NCBI GenBank assembly: GCA_012295275.1 | Contig: CM022668.1 | Coordinates: forward strand, 15,500,001 to 15,564,000 | DNA: 64,000 bases | DNA from: Chrysomallon squamiferum | Lineage: Eukaryota > Animalia > Mollusca | Direction of reading: 5' to 3' | Shown: in pieces, positions 1-21,382 of the stretch | Position numbering within the stretch: the first letter of the stretch is position 1 | How the letters are laid out: each line of letters opens with the position of its first letter | Position numbers and translations under genes: made by a program | The notes under the pieces: model-generated | Seen by the model: only the letters and a program-made list of their open reading frames with translations | Told to the model about the DNA's origin: nothing | Database searches by the model: none

Positions 1-550
1 ATAATAAAATATAAGAACAAGAGAGTGCATTTTAAAAACAATAAAATAACAACAAAATTAAAAACTTGGAAATATAAATAATTTTATTTAATCTTTTATT
101 CATATTACCATTGGTACACTTTAAACTGTTAATTGAAGAAATACTTTTTCTTTAATTGCCAATATAAAGTATTTCTATACTTACAATACCATCGTTCATT
201 TGATTCCATTTTTATGAAAGTAACAACATGAAAACTACAAATTACAAATGATAAATTGTCAGACACTGTATGTCAGATTTTATAATTATAATATTTAAGG
301 AGATGCAGACTGTGCTGTTAAAATAAATTCAACACATTTAACTGATCATATAGCCCCAAGACTAAATGTATGCATGATTCAAAGTACCAGAGATTTTATT
401 TTCTAGTATAAACATCATTGTTAGCACAACCTTTACATCTTTTGACTTTTGTTTGAATAATGGAATTTTGAGATATTTATATATCTTTATATATAGTCTT
501 TATGGATGTAAATAAAATAATGATATTCTAATTATTATTTTTGTTTCCAG

Positions 551-7504
<6,954 letters not shown>

Positions 7505-9331
7505 CAACTTTTATGACAGAATTAACTTCCAAATGAAGTTTGTTAATAATATCAGTGAAACAGTTTTAAAATAAAGATGACATCAACTGTCAATACACAG
7601 CCATTGCACTGATAAATAAGTTTAATTACTTTCCAAGACATTTTGTGGAAAGGATAGTAATTCTGGCCTTAAATGATTTTTAAATGAAAGAGACAGAATG
7701 TTATGTGGATCTCTGTTGAAGATAGAGGACTGAAAAAAAAGTTATTTTCTGTTTATCTCATGCTATTGTGATACCCATAATAATTAATAGTTATATATAT
7801 ATATAATTATATACATACATTTTTTTTTTTTTTTTTTTTTTTTTAATGGAATGAAATAACATTTTAAATATTAAAAGATAACCATGTTTACTCTGAAATA
7901 TAAATACCTTTTTGTAAACAGAATATATCACATTTTGGAGAGATCATTATTTATTATATACTAGATCAGACCAAAGTGGTGTATTTCTACTTTTTATATT
8001 ATATAAGAAATAAAAATAAATAAACATCAAAATATATTTTTTAAACAAAAATTTAATGTTCTTTTTGTGATGAACAAACACAAATACATTTTTTTTTTTC
8101 TTACAAAAGTTTTATTTTCAGCAACAGTTCAACAAACTTAATTTTGTTGTTCAGTAATTTACAATATTGTAATATCAGTCAAATTTAGAATAATAATTTA
8201 TGCTGATAGTAACTTAATAATGTCAAAAACAAACAAGGGTTACTCAAGTGTGTGTGTTTGAACAGAACAAGTGCAGCTTGGGTTTTAAACAGCTGTGGCT
8301 TTTAAAATATTCAGCAGAGACAATGCAGAATAAATAAATAAATAAATATACATTATTAATAATGCAATAATAACATTATTAAAATGAAGAATCTAAAGAA
8401 CTATTTCCAGTGGTTATTATAATAAGATATAATTACTTTAATTAGATGTTAAGTATTTTAAAATTCTCATTTCTTTGTTGCAAGATTAATGACTGCTTGG
8501 TATGAGTGGGTATACTTATAGTAAAAAAACCTATGCACCATTTTTATGACTAAATAATTTTACAACTTAAAATGAATCTTCATTTTTTTTTTTTTTTTTG
8601 AGGTAAATAAATACATACATACACAAACATGCATGCACATGTTCATACAGTCAAATAGTCATTACAAACATAATACATATGCTACATACAAACTTAATGA
8701 AATTCTAAATATATATATATAAAAAAAGTATTAAAATATTAATAACTTGATAATCTGATTTCAGTACATTCTTAATCCCTTCAATATACTATCTTTAAAT
8801 TTTAAAAATTTCAAAATTATTTTCATAATTTATCCATTGTCCATAAGAAGAAAAAAAAATCATGGGTAGGTAAAATGTATGAGATCCTTTCAGCTAACTG
8901 ACAAGAACCTATATTGATAGGTTTGCTCTATAAAAACCTTGATTGAAACCCAATAATCATTAATAAAATGTGTTAATATATTACTACTTATCTGTGAAAA
9001 AAAGTTAATTTTCTTTTCTTTAAACAATATACATTACATGACATTCAGTTTTTTTTTTTTTTATTTGTTTTTTTTTCAGATTAATTGTAACCTCAGGTAT
9101 ATATATATCATTATTGTTGTTGTCATTATTCTACCAATTCAGTACATATATTAAATTAATTCCACTAACCATTTCATACCAAATGGTAAAATAAAGTAAC
9201 TAAAAATAACAATAAATAAATAAATAAAAAGAATTTGACCATTAACTAAATAACCTCCTAAATAAATGTACTTCCAACTTCAGGTGCATGCACGCACGCA
9301 TGCACATGCACACGCACACACCCTCCTCCCT

Positions 9332-9369
<38 letters not shown>

Positions 9370-9848
9370 GAAAGTTTATATATATATAGAGAGAGAGAGA
9401 GACATATTGAGACATTATTGACTGCAGTGGAAACAGGAATTTTCAAGATGTATGTAAAATGTTGCATGATGAATTGCACATTATAATTTATCCTGGTTCT
9501 ATAAGTATGTGTGATCAAGTTTACTTAACTGTGAAACTGAAAGGATGATGAGATCTATTCAGAATGTTCGATATGACATAAAGACAGACAGACAGACAGA
9601 CAAACACACACACACATACATACATACATACATACATATATGTATATATATATATATATATATAAACATTTAAGCAGTACAAATTTATCAAAAGAAAATG
9701 CTATTTTCTAATATAATATCTACAAAAAGTAGAATCAGTGTTCTAAGTGAGATTAGTTTCAGTAATGGTTTGAATAGCTGTTGGCAACAACATCCTAATC
9801 CCTGGTAAACCCAGCTTAGTCATGACCTGCACTAATAACAACTCAGTG

Positions 9849-9890
<42 letters not shown>

Positions 9891-10846
9891 AAAGCCTAGT
9901 GTTATAGGCAGTACTGGAACCAAATTTCTGTTTTAAGCATTTCAAAAAGCTGTAGGTTCTATTTAAGGTAAGTGAAATATACCAATTATCTTCGGTTATA
10001 ACAGGTAAATATATTAATATTTTAACCCTCTAATCTTATGCAGGTGCAGATAATCTTCAGTGATCCTATTTGTTAATATTGCGTTACTTCACAGACACAT
10101 TCAGACCAATGTTTAAATATTTGTGACCCATCACAACAAATAAAGTCTTATGTCACTTGGCAGAGTTTTGAGTGTGTTAATTTTTATTTTTATTTTTTTA
10201 TAATTTTCATTTTGCTAACCTCAGATTGTTTACAAATATAATTTTATTCGTCTCTTTCTTCCCTCAGAAGCCTAATTCTGATTTTATTATGCTCATTCTC
10301 ATATTACAAAAAAATAAAATAGCACTTAATTTTCTACATGAATTTTACCTTAACTCTTCAGGTTTTTAATATATTATGTCATTTGTTTATTAAAAACAAA
10401 AACAAAAAAAACAAACAAATTGTTTAACATACCACTTCTGAACATTCCAGATGCAAATAAATTATATAAAATTTGAAAAAAAAAAAAAAAAAAACTAAAA
10501 ATATTTTTAAAAAATATGAAAATAAATAAATAAATAACAAAGTAATGATTACAATTATTATATTTAGTTAACTGAAATATTTTCGTTTTTAGTAACACAA
10601 TGAAATCTGTATATGTTCATGCAATGTCAGCTTTCATAATATTATTACACTTAGGTGATCCTTTTCACATATATGGACATAGATCTGACATATATGTTTC
10701 ATACACTCAAAATTTTCCTTTAGCTAATAACAGTTTACCCAGATTCAAACTTAATTAAATAATCTTTACAACCAATGGTGTTAAAATCTGCCTGATGGAC
10801 ATAACAACACATTTCATGGGACATGCACCATTTGCTTTGTAATCTA

Positions 10847-10900
<54 letters not shown>

Positions 10901-12523
10901 TATAAAAAACAATTCAAACATTCATTGACAATTTTTCTTAGGATTAAATTTAAATTTAATTTTCACCTATAATTATTAACTTTAATATCATCAGCTGACC
11001 TTGGTTATTGACTGAGGTCTCTTGTTCATAATGCAAGAATTAAATCTTGCCTTTTTATCCAAATATATATATAAGTGCCACAAAACATTACATATGTCTT
11101 TAGTATTATTATGGAAATATACAGCATTCATTATGTTCTGCATTTCAGAAACACACACACGAATACTTTACTATAATTAACTGTTTTTTATTTTGTCAAC
11201 ACACAAAAGGTGTAAATCAATATTTTTCATACATAAAACCATGTATTTTATTTCAAAAATAGTAAGAGAAATTAATGAATAAAATACTGCACAGTTCAGT
11301 TAACATTTTAGAGACACTTATTACTGATAGTGTCTTTATTATAACTTGTAACTGTGACTCATTACATCAAACGAGGTCTTAAGACTTGGTAAAATGTGAG
11401 GGGTCACATTTTTACACACCATATGAAACTGTCAGATATTCTTGTTAGCATCTCAAGAAAAAAAAAAAAAAAAAAAACAGAGCATTTATCCTTGAACATT
11501 TAAGACACATTCACACCAGCTTATTTATGAAAACATCTAATCATGGTGTATTATCGAGAAATTCAAATGTAAACCACACACTGGTTTGATTTCAAATTCT
11601 AGATCATTCATTCTGATAACTTTTTTTTATACTTTCAAGGATTAAAAAAATCTTTTACACTATCTTAATCAATCAGTATATCACAAGTCTCTTTGGAATT
11701 GACTAATTCTATTCTTTCAAACCTGTTTATCATTCGTATTTATCATTGTTATTTTTTAATACTCTTGATGTAAAAAAATGTAATTATTTCAAGAATAATA
11801 CATATCACTTTGATGCATAGCAAACTGGGATAGAATTATAACACAAACTGATGTTATCTGTGAAAAAAACAATTCATATTGTTCTTGTGCTAAATCATCA
11901 TCTTGTTTTTAATAAGATCATTATTTATTTTATAAATGTCTAGATACATTTTATATAAAAGCCTATGAACTTCAAAAAAAAAATTAAAGACATAATTGTT
12001 CTGAATCAGATATTTTACAAATCAAAGATTTTTTTCATGCTAAATCATAATTTTGTTTTTGATCAGTCTGCAATACATTTTTAAAATGAAATTATCATTT
12101 TTTTTTTATATATATATATATATATAAAAAGTTTAAAGTGAAAAACAGTCATTTACAATGAAAAGCTGTACAAATTAAACCATTCATACATAATTCTCTA
12201 TTTATGAAAGACACGAAAAGTTTTCTATAATTAAAGACAACCTTTTTAATACAAAAAATTTACCGTTTTCATTGATAAAAATGATCAAATCAAAATTTTT
12301 ATCACACTATTATTGTAAAGGAACTGAACATTTAACTCTGATTAAAAACTACACAACTGACCAAATGTTTACATACATTCATACTTTTTTGAGGGGGTAA
12401 TGAAATTCAAATTCATTCCCATTACACAATTTTCTTTCTTTATTTTCATAAATTAACCTAATTTTTTTTTTTTTTTTACTTATTTTAATAAAAAAATAAA
12501 AATAATAATAATAATAAATTGCT

Positions 12524-15500
12524 TCACAAATTATACTTTTCTCGGAGTTCCTCAGCCAAATCATTTCGTCCGATCTCCTCACTTTCAAACACTGTCAACA
12601 GCTGTGAGATTTTCTCATCTGCAGAGGTGTCCTGTGCATCTCGCCACATTGTCAGTGCTGTGTTTATCTGGTGAAATGCCTGATGTGGGTGACTCATCTG
12701 TATCTGCTCAATTTGAGCTTGTGTGAGTCCAAGTCTCAAAGCAATTATAGTCCAATTAAAACCAAGTTGGGAAGAAATATGTATCAGACCCGCATCTGAT
12801 ATAAGACCTGGTAAAACAATAAATTATATATATATTTTTGTTTATATATATATATATACACAGAACCACAGAAACACATTATAATTTAACTATTATAAAC
12901 ATTTATTTACTTATTATTATTAATGAAAGTATACGTTTTTATGAATTATGAATTATTAATTATAAATATACCTAATCTATTTTAATATAGATGTCATTTC
13001 AAAAATATTGTCTGGAAATAATTCTGATTACAAAATCAAAGCATGAGCTATGTTGAAATTTAAGTGGAACTTAATAAGTTTTTAAAATGCTGCATTGAAC
13101 TGAAACATTTCAGTTATAACTTATTACACAATAAACAAGTATAGCCAGTTTGAAATTGTGGCCAAGTGATTGAAATTTTAATTTAATATTAAATAAAAAA
13201 AAATTTGTAATCAATCAAAATGGAATGAGAATAATCAATCTGTAATGGATATTGTGATTAAATTCAAGACTATCACAGTATGACTAAAAAAAATTCTTTA
13301 TATTTCTGATTTATTAGTCTATTGTTACTGTTTACCTATTTTTAGTTGCTTTCATTTTACTTTTCATAATTAATAAATACAACAATGAAGTAATATTAAA
13401 TATCAGAATGCCAACATTTTTAAGTGGGTTTTTGGCTTGTTTATTATTATTATTATTATTATTTTCTTTTTTAAACAACAGAGGGCTGTACTTTGACAAA
13501 TCTTGAAGAACCTTTAAAACAAACAGGTTTCTCCTCTAATCAGTGATGTCATTACTACCGAAAAGTGACAATGTCCAGATTTTTTTGATTTTTTTTATCT
13601 GTTCATAAAACTGAAATAAAACGTAACCTGAAAGTATGCAGAAAGCATTTAGACTATTTTCTTATATTATTTACAACTGTACCTAGAGCTCCATCTACTG
13701 CATCCATCGACTTCTGCAGAAATTCTGTCGCTGCGTGCATGTGTTTGGCTATGTCATCTTGATAATCTACACAAACAACAACAACAACATATTAATAAAA
13801 TACTGACCCGATGAGTATTTTACACATTATTATTTTAGCCATTAAAATGTTTTCATTATTAAAAGTGTTTTGGTTTCCAAACACTTCTTATGTATTATAA
13901 ATGTAATAACCAAAACCTGAATTAGTAAACTTATTTTTGCAACATTAGTCTCTGGAATTAGTATGGGGGAATAAAATGGATGGGTATACATTACAGAATT
14001 GATCTAAGAGATGTTCTCTGCCACTGTATTATATGTCACTAATCATTAATAATAATTAAGTTAAAGAAGAGAAGCAGCATCAGAAGTACTAGTAGTAGCA
14101 ACAGTAGTAATAGTTGCAGTAATAGTAATAAAATAGTAGTTGTAATAGTATAATAACGGTAATAATAGTAGATGTAATAGTAGTTTTAACAGTAGTAGTA
14201 GAGGTAGTAGTAGTAGTAGTAGTGGTAGTAGTAGATGTAATAGTAGTAGCAGCAGCAGTAGTAATAATAATAGTAGATATAATGGTAGTAGTACTAGTAG
14301 TGGTAGATGTGATAGTAGTTGTAAATGTAATAGTAGTAGTAATCCAATGATACCTGGGTCCAGTCGGTACACAAAACAAGTTGGAATGAGGTCATCTTCG
14401 TGCTTGCGACACCACTGCGCCCAGTAGGTGGCTCTGGGCATCGACATCTCAAGAACCTCCCCATCGAACTGGTACGGATCATCGTAACCGAGGAGAATGC
14501 AGTGGGAGCACACGAGGTTAAGTCTGAACCGAATGAACGGCCACTCCTGCAACAGCGATATGAAGTCATTCCTTGTCGCCATTATCAGCTCCCACAGTTC
14601 CTGGAGGTCAGTCCCGCGAACTGCAACAGTTATGGTGTCGCCTTCGTCTTCTTCTGTCCTCTGAATCAACATTTCCGAGAAGTTCTTGCGTGCCAGGATC
14701 CCGTATTTCCAGTTCACCCTGTCAAAAACGTGATGCTGTAATTTCACAGAAAATTTTTCAAAAAAGTTTGGCGGGCCTTTGTTTGGAAAAATCAGGCAGT
14801 AGCGGAGTTCAAATGTGTTGGGAGGTGCCTGTGACGGCCATTTTGCTCTCAGGTTGTCCGGAACTTCTTCGGGGAAGAACCATGGAAACAGCAGTATGCG
14901 AGATGAACCAGCCAGGAGGGGATTGGAAAGGGATTTGTGGATTTCGTAACACAAGTCGAACTTCAGCATCAGCGACACGAACGTATCGAGGGCGTCCGTG
15001 GAGAGATCGAAGTGGACCAGCGTGTACTTCAGCAGCTCGTAGCTCATCAGCCCCTTCTTGATGAAATCCTGCTTCAGCGTGTCAAAACGAGGCTCCTCAA
15101 GCCCCGCAACGGAGCCGTGTTCTTCGTTGAAGACGACAACCTCTTCGAAATCGTGTCTGAACACGGCTCTCAGCATCTCTATCAGAGTCTCGGGACAGTG
15201 GAACACGATGTTCTTCAGCTGGTTGTTGTCCGGGAACCACACAATCTCGCCTGTCGAGTGCAGGTACTTGAGGACCATTCCCAGGCTGAGTTCTGGCGAC
15301 CCGCCCAGACTGATCATAGACTGGTTCATGTTGGACATGATCTCGGTGAACATGCTGACAGCTTTGTCCCACGAGAGAATCTTCTCCGGGTGGTTCTGGA
15401 TTGTGGTTAAGAACTTGTGCCACGAAGCCGGAAGTGGCTTTTCTTCACTTTCCTTCAGTTTGGAGACCAAACAGTCCTGAAACTCTGCAATACCTGAAAT

Positions 15501-18489
15501 ATATAAACAGATTTCACCTCGTAGTTAAAGCAACTGATCTGCAAGTTTGGTGATTTTGTAGTGGTGGCTATAATAGTAGTGAAATTAGTAGTAGTAGTAG
15601 TAGTAGTAGTAACAGGAGCAGCATCAGCACTTAGTCATAGTTATATTAGTAGTAACCAGTTGTAGTCGTAATAGTAGTAACAGTATGAATTAAAAAAGTC
15701 AATAAAATAAAATGCATTTATTTTACTTTTGATTATTTTGGTGAAAAATTGTTGATAATTTTTAATTCAAAATATTATTTTCAATGGGAATTTCTGTTTA
15801 AATATATAACGGCAGAGAAATCACACAGCGAATATTTAAAAATATTTTAGTGAAATTTTTATGTCAAGATGATTAAATATTATATTCGACTCTTTAACAA
15901 GTCCAAATTTTTTTTTAATTAAAAATGAATTCAGTCTTTAAATGTTAACAACAACAACAACAACGTTCAACCTGTCAAATCGGCAGCACAGCTGACAGCG
16001 TGCAGTCTTTGCGGCATCGACGACCTGTGTTCAACATCTTCTGCATGTGCGACATCTTCTCCTGCAGGCGCTCCAGCTTGGTGTCGCGAATCATCCCCCC
16101 ACTCTCCCTGACCTCGGGCTGGTCGAGGATTTTCTGAATCTTACTTATCTCCTGTTTCAGTTTGTTCAACTTGTTACTCTCCTCCTGTTCATCTTGCGAA
16201 TTATGTCTTCCGTTTTGTCTGTGATGTCCTCCTGGTTGCAAAGATCTGCATGAGTACCGACTGCCATGATGGTCGCTCCTGAACGAGGAAATATAAAAAA
16301 TCATTAATTAATAAAAATTTGATTATTGTTGTGGAAGTGGTGATAATGATTTTGTGCATGATGCAGGAATAAAAATGAACGTTGAAGTTGAGATGGCATC
16401 AAAATAAGAGTTTACACCAATATTAAATAATGAAAATGATGAATGAATACTTATCAGTTTTGTTTTTTCTTCTTTTTCTTGTGAATAGGTTTTGTTAAAA
16501 TTTTTAAAATATTTTAAGAAACAGTAGAAAATTAATGATATGCCATTAATAACATGCATATTAAGTATTTGAACAAATTAGTATACATTAATTTTGTCAT
16601 TAAATTCTTAAACCAATAAATAAAATTAAATATACAAAAGAAAAAATAAAAGAATAAAAAAAATAAAAAATAATCAAATAAAACAAAACGAAATGAAATG
16701 GAATAAAAAATGAAACTGATAAATAAAACAAAACAAAACAAAACAAAACAAAATAAAAGAAAATAAAAATAAAAAAAAAAAAATAAAAAAAAAAAAATAA
16801 AAATAAAAAAAAAAAAATAAAAATAAAAATAAAAATATTTTCACCTGGGGCCCTGTCTATAATGGCATCCAGCCAATCTCCAATCAGTGAATCGTAATTA
16901 TCCATATTGTACTTTGTGAAATCAAACACTAACAGGTGTAAAGCTTCGGGTGTTAGAAACATCTGATGAGCCGCGGAATAAATATGATGTCCCCCAAAAT
17001 CTAGAATCTGCACTCGAAGATCTGATTCGGGTTCCCAAAGGTGACGTTCTAGAACCCACGTCCGTTCATGTTCAGCTGTCAGTCTCGAGTGTCCAAGAAT
17101 CAGAGCATTTCTAAGACTCGTTTTTCCAGCTCTGACTGCACCAATCAGAATCATTTTCCGACGATGCTTTGCTGTGCTGATTCTCATCTCTTTTAGGAAA
17201 AGAAAAAGGGGATTGACTCCCTGATCGCAGATGGTTTGAGGTGGTTTTCGCAGACTGTTGTTATGCAGGTACAGACCCCCGGTTTCTTGCAGGTATTCCA
17301 GTCGATCCATGAGGAGAGGTAATTCAGTGAGTTTGTTGTTGTCGAGAGACAGGTAGCGCAGGTTGCCAAGTTGGCAGATTTTCTCAGGAACGCGAGTAAG
17401 TTTGTTGAATCCTAGATGAAGGTTTTCCAGATTGCGGCAGTTACATATATCTTCCTGCAAAGTGGTCATCTGATTTCTTTCCAGATTCAGATACTTCAGT
17501 TTTTTCAGTTTGGAAATCCCGTCAGGAATGGTTTCCAGGTAATTCTCACCGAGCTCCAAATGTTCGAGGTTTTCCAAACTGAACAGCTCTTCTGGGAGGC
17601 TCAGTAAAGCATTTCTCTGGATTGAAAGCTTCCTCAGTTTCTTCAAACCACAAACCTCAGACGGAATCTCAGTGAAAAAGTTACCGGTCAGATTCAAATT
17701 TTTTAATCCCTCCAGCATGAATATAGCTTCTGGAACAATGGAGCAGTACCGAAGTGCACCAGTTAGATTCACCGTTTGAAGATTTCTGCAGTTCTGGACA
17801 TCCATGGAAACCTGAACCAAATGGTTGCCTTTCAAGTTCAAGCTTTCAAGTTTCCGTAGATTGCCAAAACCATCTGGAATTGTCTGAATGCACTGCCAGC
17901 TTAAATCTAAATCATTAAGTTCTGACAAGCAACAAACACCTTGAGGAAGAGACTGCAGTCCTGTTCGGGGATACAACTTCCCACACAAATTGAAATGCTG
18001 CATTTTCTTACACTCTGAAATTTCCTCAGGTATTTGTTCCAGGCAGTTACCTCCCAAGTTCAGAATCCTCAGATTGACCAGTCTTCCTACATCCGGCGAA
18101 AGTTCGGTTATCTCATTATTCCCCAACAGCAGAACTTGCAAGTTAACCAGCTCAAAGATTGAAGGAGGGATGGTTGAAAAATGATTGAACTCGAGATTTA
18201 AGTAAACAAGTTGAGAGCACTCTACAAAGGAAGATGGTAATTTGTATAGGTAATTTCCAACTGCTTCGAACAGTTTCAGGTTTGTTAGAGTGCCGAGAGC
18301 AGTTCCACCGACAGGGAAAGAAAGAAGTTTGAGAAACGGCAGCCTGAGCTCATCCAGTTCAAACGTGTACAGCACGCGAGGAATCCAGCCTTTGTAGGCT
18401 CCTTCAGGCACTGACAGAACCTGGCTGCCGTCAGAGCTGGTGTTCAAATACTGGCGGAGGTTTTCCGATGACTGGCTTTCTCCAGACAT
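12524..18489 (-). CDS. ROCO protein, MFHAS1/MASL1-like (LRR-Roc-COR) with C-terminal death domain; ~1150 aa if two exon-2 frameshifts are corrected
   Basis: Exons 18489-16845, 16278-15972, 15493-14354, 13766-13683 and 12807-12524, all phase-1 GT-AG. About 15-16 LRRs. Roc motifs GAVRAGKTS (P-loop), ERT, DFGG, VGTHADLC and VSC. COR region LPASW...LKYLHSTGEIVWF...LLFPWFF. Last exon LISDAGLIHISSQLGFNWTIIALRLGLTQAQIEQIQMSHP...INTALTMWRD...LLTVFESEEIGRNDLAEEL is a typical death domain. Confidence 0.9.
14080..14342. repeat. Compound (TAG/TAA/CAG)n trinucleotide tract in the ROCO intron
   Basis: Imperfect triplet run directly after the exon-3 donor. It produces the spurious poly-Leu tail of ORF 14061..15470. 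Confidence 0.85.
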
Positions 18490-18490
18490 T

Positions 18491-18668
18491 GTATTCTTTC
18501 ATATGTTCCACTGCACTGAAAATAAAACGCAGTAATTAATATTACTCTTATCCATTCAAGATTTACAATTATCAAGGTGATGATACTTTCTTTCATATGT
18601 TCCACTGTACTGAAAATAAAATGGACTAATTAATAATTTTCTTATCCATTCAAGATTTATAATTATCA
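18491..18668. repeat. ~94-bp tandem duplication covering the splice acceptor of the ROCO first coding exon
   Basis: ttctttcatatgttccactg(c/t)actgaaaataaaa...cttatccattcaagattta(c/t)aattatca occurs at ~18494-18573 and again at ~18588-18668. Confidence 0.85.
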
Positions 18669-19362
18669 TTTTCACTATACTTCAGAATCTTAATCTGTAG
18701 ATCTTTTACTTGCTAACAGTATGATAACTAATTGTCTATGTATTATTTTATTAAACAAGTTCAATATGAAAATGTCATAATTCAATTTGGTAGCACTTCC
18801 AATATTACTCAGTTTCAATATGGATACATGTGCATGCACTTAATGTTATTAACAAAATTTATTTATGTTATAAAACTAATACAACAATAACCTTTTTATA
18901 AACTAAATACTATAGGTGTTTTCTTTTGTTGTTTATAGTGGGGGGGGGTCTGCAAAAAATTTCACTTAATTATCACAATATTGAAGGTAAAATAATCAGG
19001 TAACAGATAGCAATGCTGCAATAACATTTGAAAAAATGCCCAGCTTAGAATGACATCCTAATTAATTATCTGGTTAATAATTACCATTATCTTATTATAT
19101 TTTGTAGCTAATACTAATATTAATGGTACATGATTATGCCAAAAGCCATATTAAATTTTATATTTAATATTATCAGCATCATGAGCTCGTACCACTACCA
19201 CAACCAGGTTCATCAAGATAAACCTTGCACGTTCAGTTTCGTTTATTTCAGATACTTATTATTTTACAAGGAAATCAGTTGTCAATAAAAATAAATAATA
19301 ATAATAATAATTTTTTAAAAAGTAAGAAAAAAAAGAAATAGCAATGCAAACGTAGCGTTTAC

Positions 19363-19860
19363 CTGATCAATTAAATGCCCATGCAGGCATGTTACACTCA
19401 GTAACACTCGTTACACTGTTGTGTTAAGGACAGGAAAAAGTAAGAACGTAAGTCGTTGTCTGACCTTCAATATGGCCATATCATAATAAACTGGTAGTAC
19501 AAATTATATATTATAATGAGGAATTGTTCCTAATTGTTTCTGCTCTTACATTTATCAAAACAGTGGTTTATCGGAACATCATCTTGATACCAGAAATTGA
19601 AAACCCGAGTATTAACATGCCCAAATCTCTCGAGACTGGACTGCTTCGACATCTACTTCCGGAATCGTTTATAAGACTTCTACCCGTGATAAATGTCTCC
19701 CGGATGTAGCCAGTTCGATCCGCCTGTTTATGTTGTCTTTTGCAGAAGTACGCACGAACGAACAACGGTGTGTTAGAAGAATGAATGAATAAAATCATGA
19801 ACGTGCCATGACATCTCCGTATAATAAAAACAACGATCATCAGTTGTTACGATAATGTTA
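19363..19860 (-). promoter_or_regulatory. Probable promoter and non-coding first exon of the ROCO gene
   Basis: CpG-enriched patch at ~19560-19860 with an ETS-like ACTTCCGG (~19655-19662). Minus-strand donor CAG|GTAAA at 19363/19362 could splice to the acceptor at 18515. Confidence 0.45.
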
Positions 19861-21382
19861 ACGGATAAATAAAATTTAAAAAATATTCTAAAATTAAAAT
19901 TTAATCATTTTCTCATCCTGATGCACCATCTATCCATATAAATCAATAAAATAAAATAAAATAAAAAATAAAACATTTAAAAATCCCATTGTTTGTGTTT
20001 TTATTTGTACTTGGAAATAATCATTAAAGATTCATTGCCAATAATCAGTAAGAGTAACCCAAGAATAACAGCAACAGCAACACATCTTATGTGTTACAAT
20101 ATATCTTTTGTAGTTGGTCTATGATGAAATAAAATAAAATAAAATAAAATAAAATAAAATAAATAAATAATGTAATGAAACAAAAATTAGTAAATAAACA
20201 AATGAATTATGTTAAAACTACTTTGAAAAATTGTTATATTTATTTTTATTTATTAAACAATATAAATAAACAAAACAATAGTAAATAAAACTATTGTGAA
20301 TAGTTTATTTTCAACATTCATTCAAACTACATCATCTTACTCATGTTTAGAAACATACAATGAAATACCACAGTGTCAACCAAATCTTTATACCATATAA
20401 AGACAGAATAAAAGAAAAAGAAATAACCTTTTAAATTTTATTTTTACAAATATATTAATCCAATAATCCACACATTTAATTAAAAAAAAAAATTAAAATG
20501 TTTAATTTGTTTTCGTACCTAAGCTAAAGGCTCACATAATCATGCCTTTGCAGATATAGAAATGAAAATGTTTTAAATAAAGACTTTTAATTCCTGTTTT
20601 GATAAGCCCTAGTTTCTGTATCTGGAAATTCATATAAAAATCCATTTTGTTCAATAAAAGCATGAATATTTTTTTCTTTTTTTAAGTTTTAATTTAAGAA
20701 GTAAAGACAGGTAAATCTTTTTAAATAAAATATTTACATAAGGCTGACTTAACAGTTTGAAATTTAGGACAAATTAATAGTGTTTATCAATGGTTTTATT
20801 AAATGTTTTTATTTACTATAATTAATATTCTCAAGGCCTAAAACTTTTAATTACATCTACAGGTGTTCATTTTAAGAATTAAAATTAATTATATTTTCCA
20901 TTGTAATTTACCTTAATGCATTACCAAATAAATATGTGTGTAATTTAAATACACAGCATGTACACTGTAATAAAGAAACCACTGAAAAAAAAAATCTTTA
21001 AAGTTATTATTTAAATTATAATCATCATCCATTAAAAACTTTTTTAAAAAAGAAAGAAAGAAGTCAGATGGATCTAAAAAAATATTCTAATTTCTAAGCT
21101 TTTGTTTTCCTTTTTTAAATTTACTATTCAAAAATAACATAGCTATATCATCAGTCCAACTGATAAGAACATTACAGATCCAGATCTGTAGTAATTGTCC
21201 TTCACATCTAAATACCAAAATATCCTCAACATCTTTGTGTATTTTTTATTTTATAATTTGCTCTGCTGGAGCACAAAAATAAAAGAAAAGTACTTTTGGT
21301 ACCAAATGAATTATGGTGATGCAACATATTCACATTTTTTTTTTTGCACATTGACTTGTTCCAAACATCAAAAAACAGAACA

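Noticed and set aside
7505-12523. 5-kb gap between the convergent NUBPL and ROCO stops, searched for hidden exons or RNA genes
   Set aside because: Only AT-rich UTR/intergenic sequence and microsatellites; no coherent exon chain or tRNA/snRNA pattern seen.
14400-15480. Several overlapping plus- and minus-strand ORFs
   Set aside because: Shadow frames of the GC-rich COR exon.
21173-21190. TACAGATC-CA-GATCTGTA hairpin in the microprotein 3' region
   Set aside because: An 8-bp stem is expected by chance in 64 kb and matches no RNA element I recognise.
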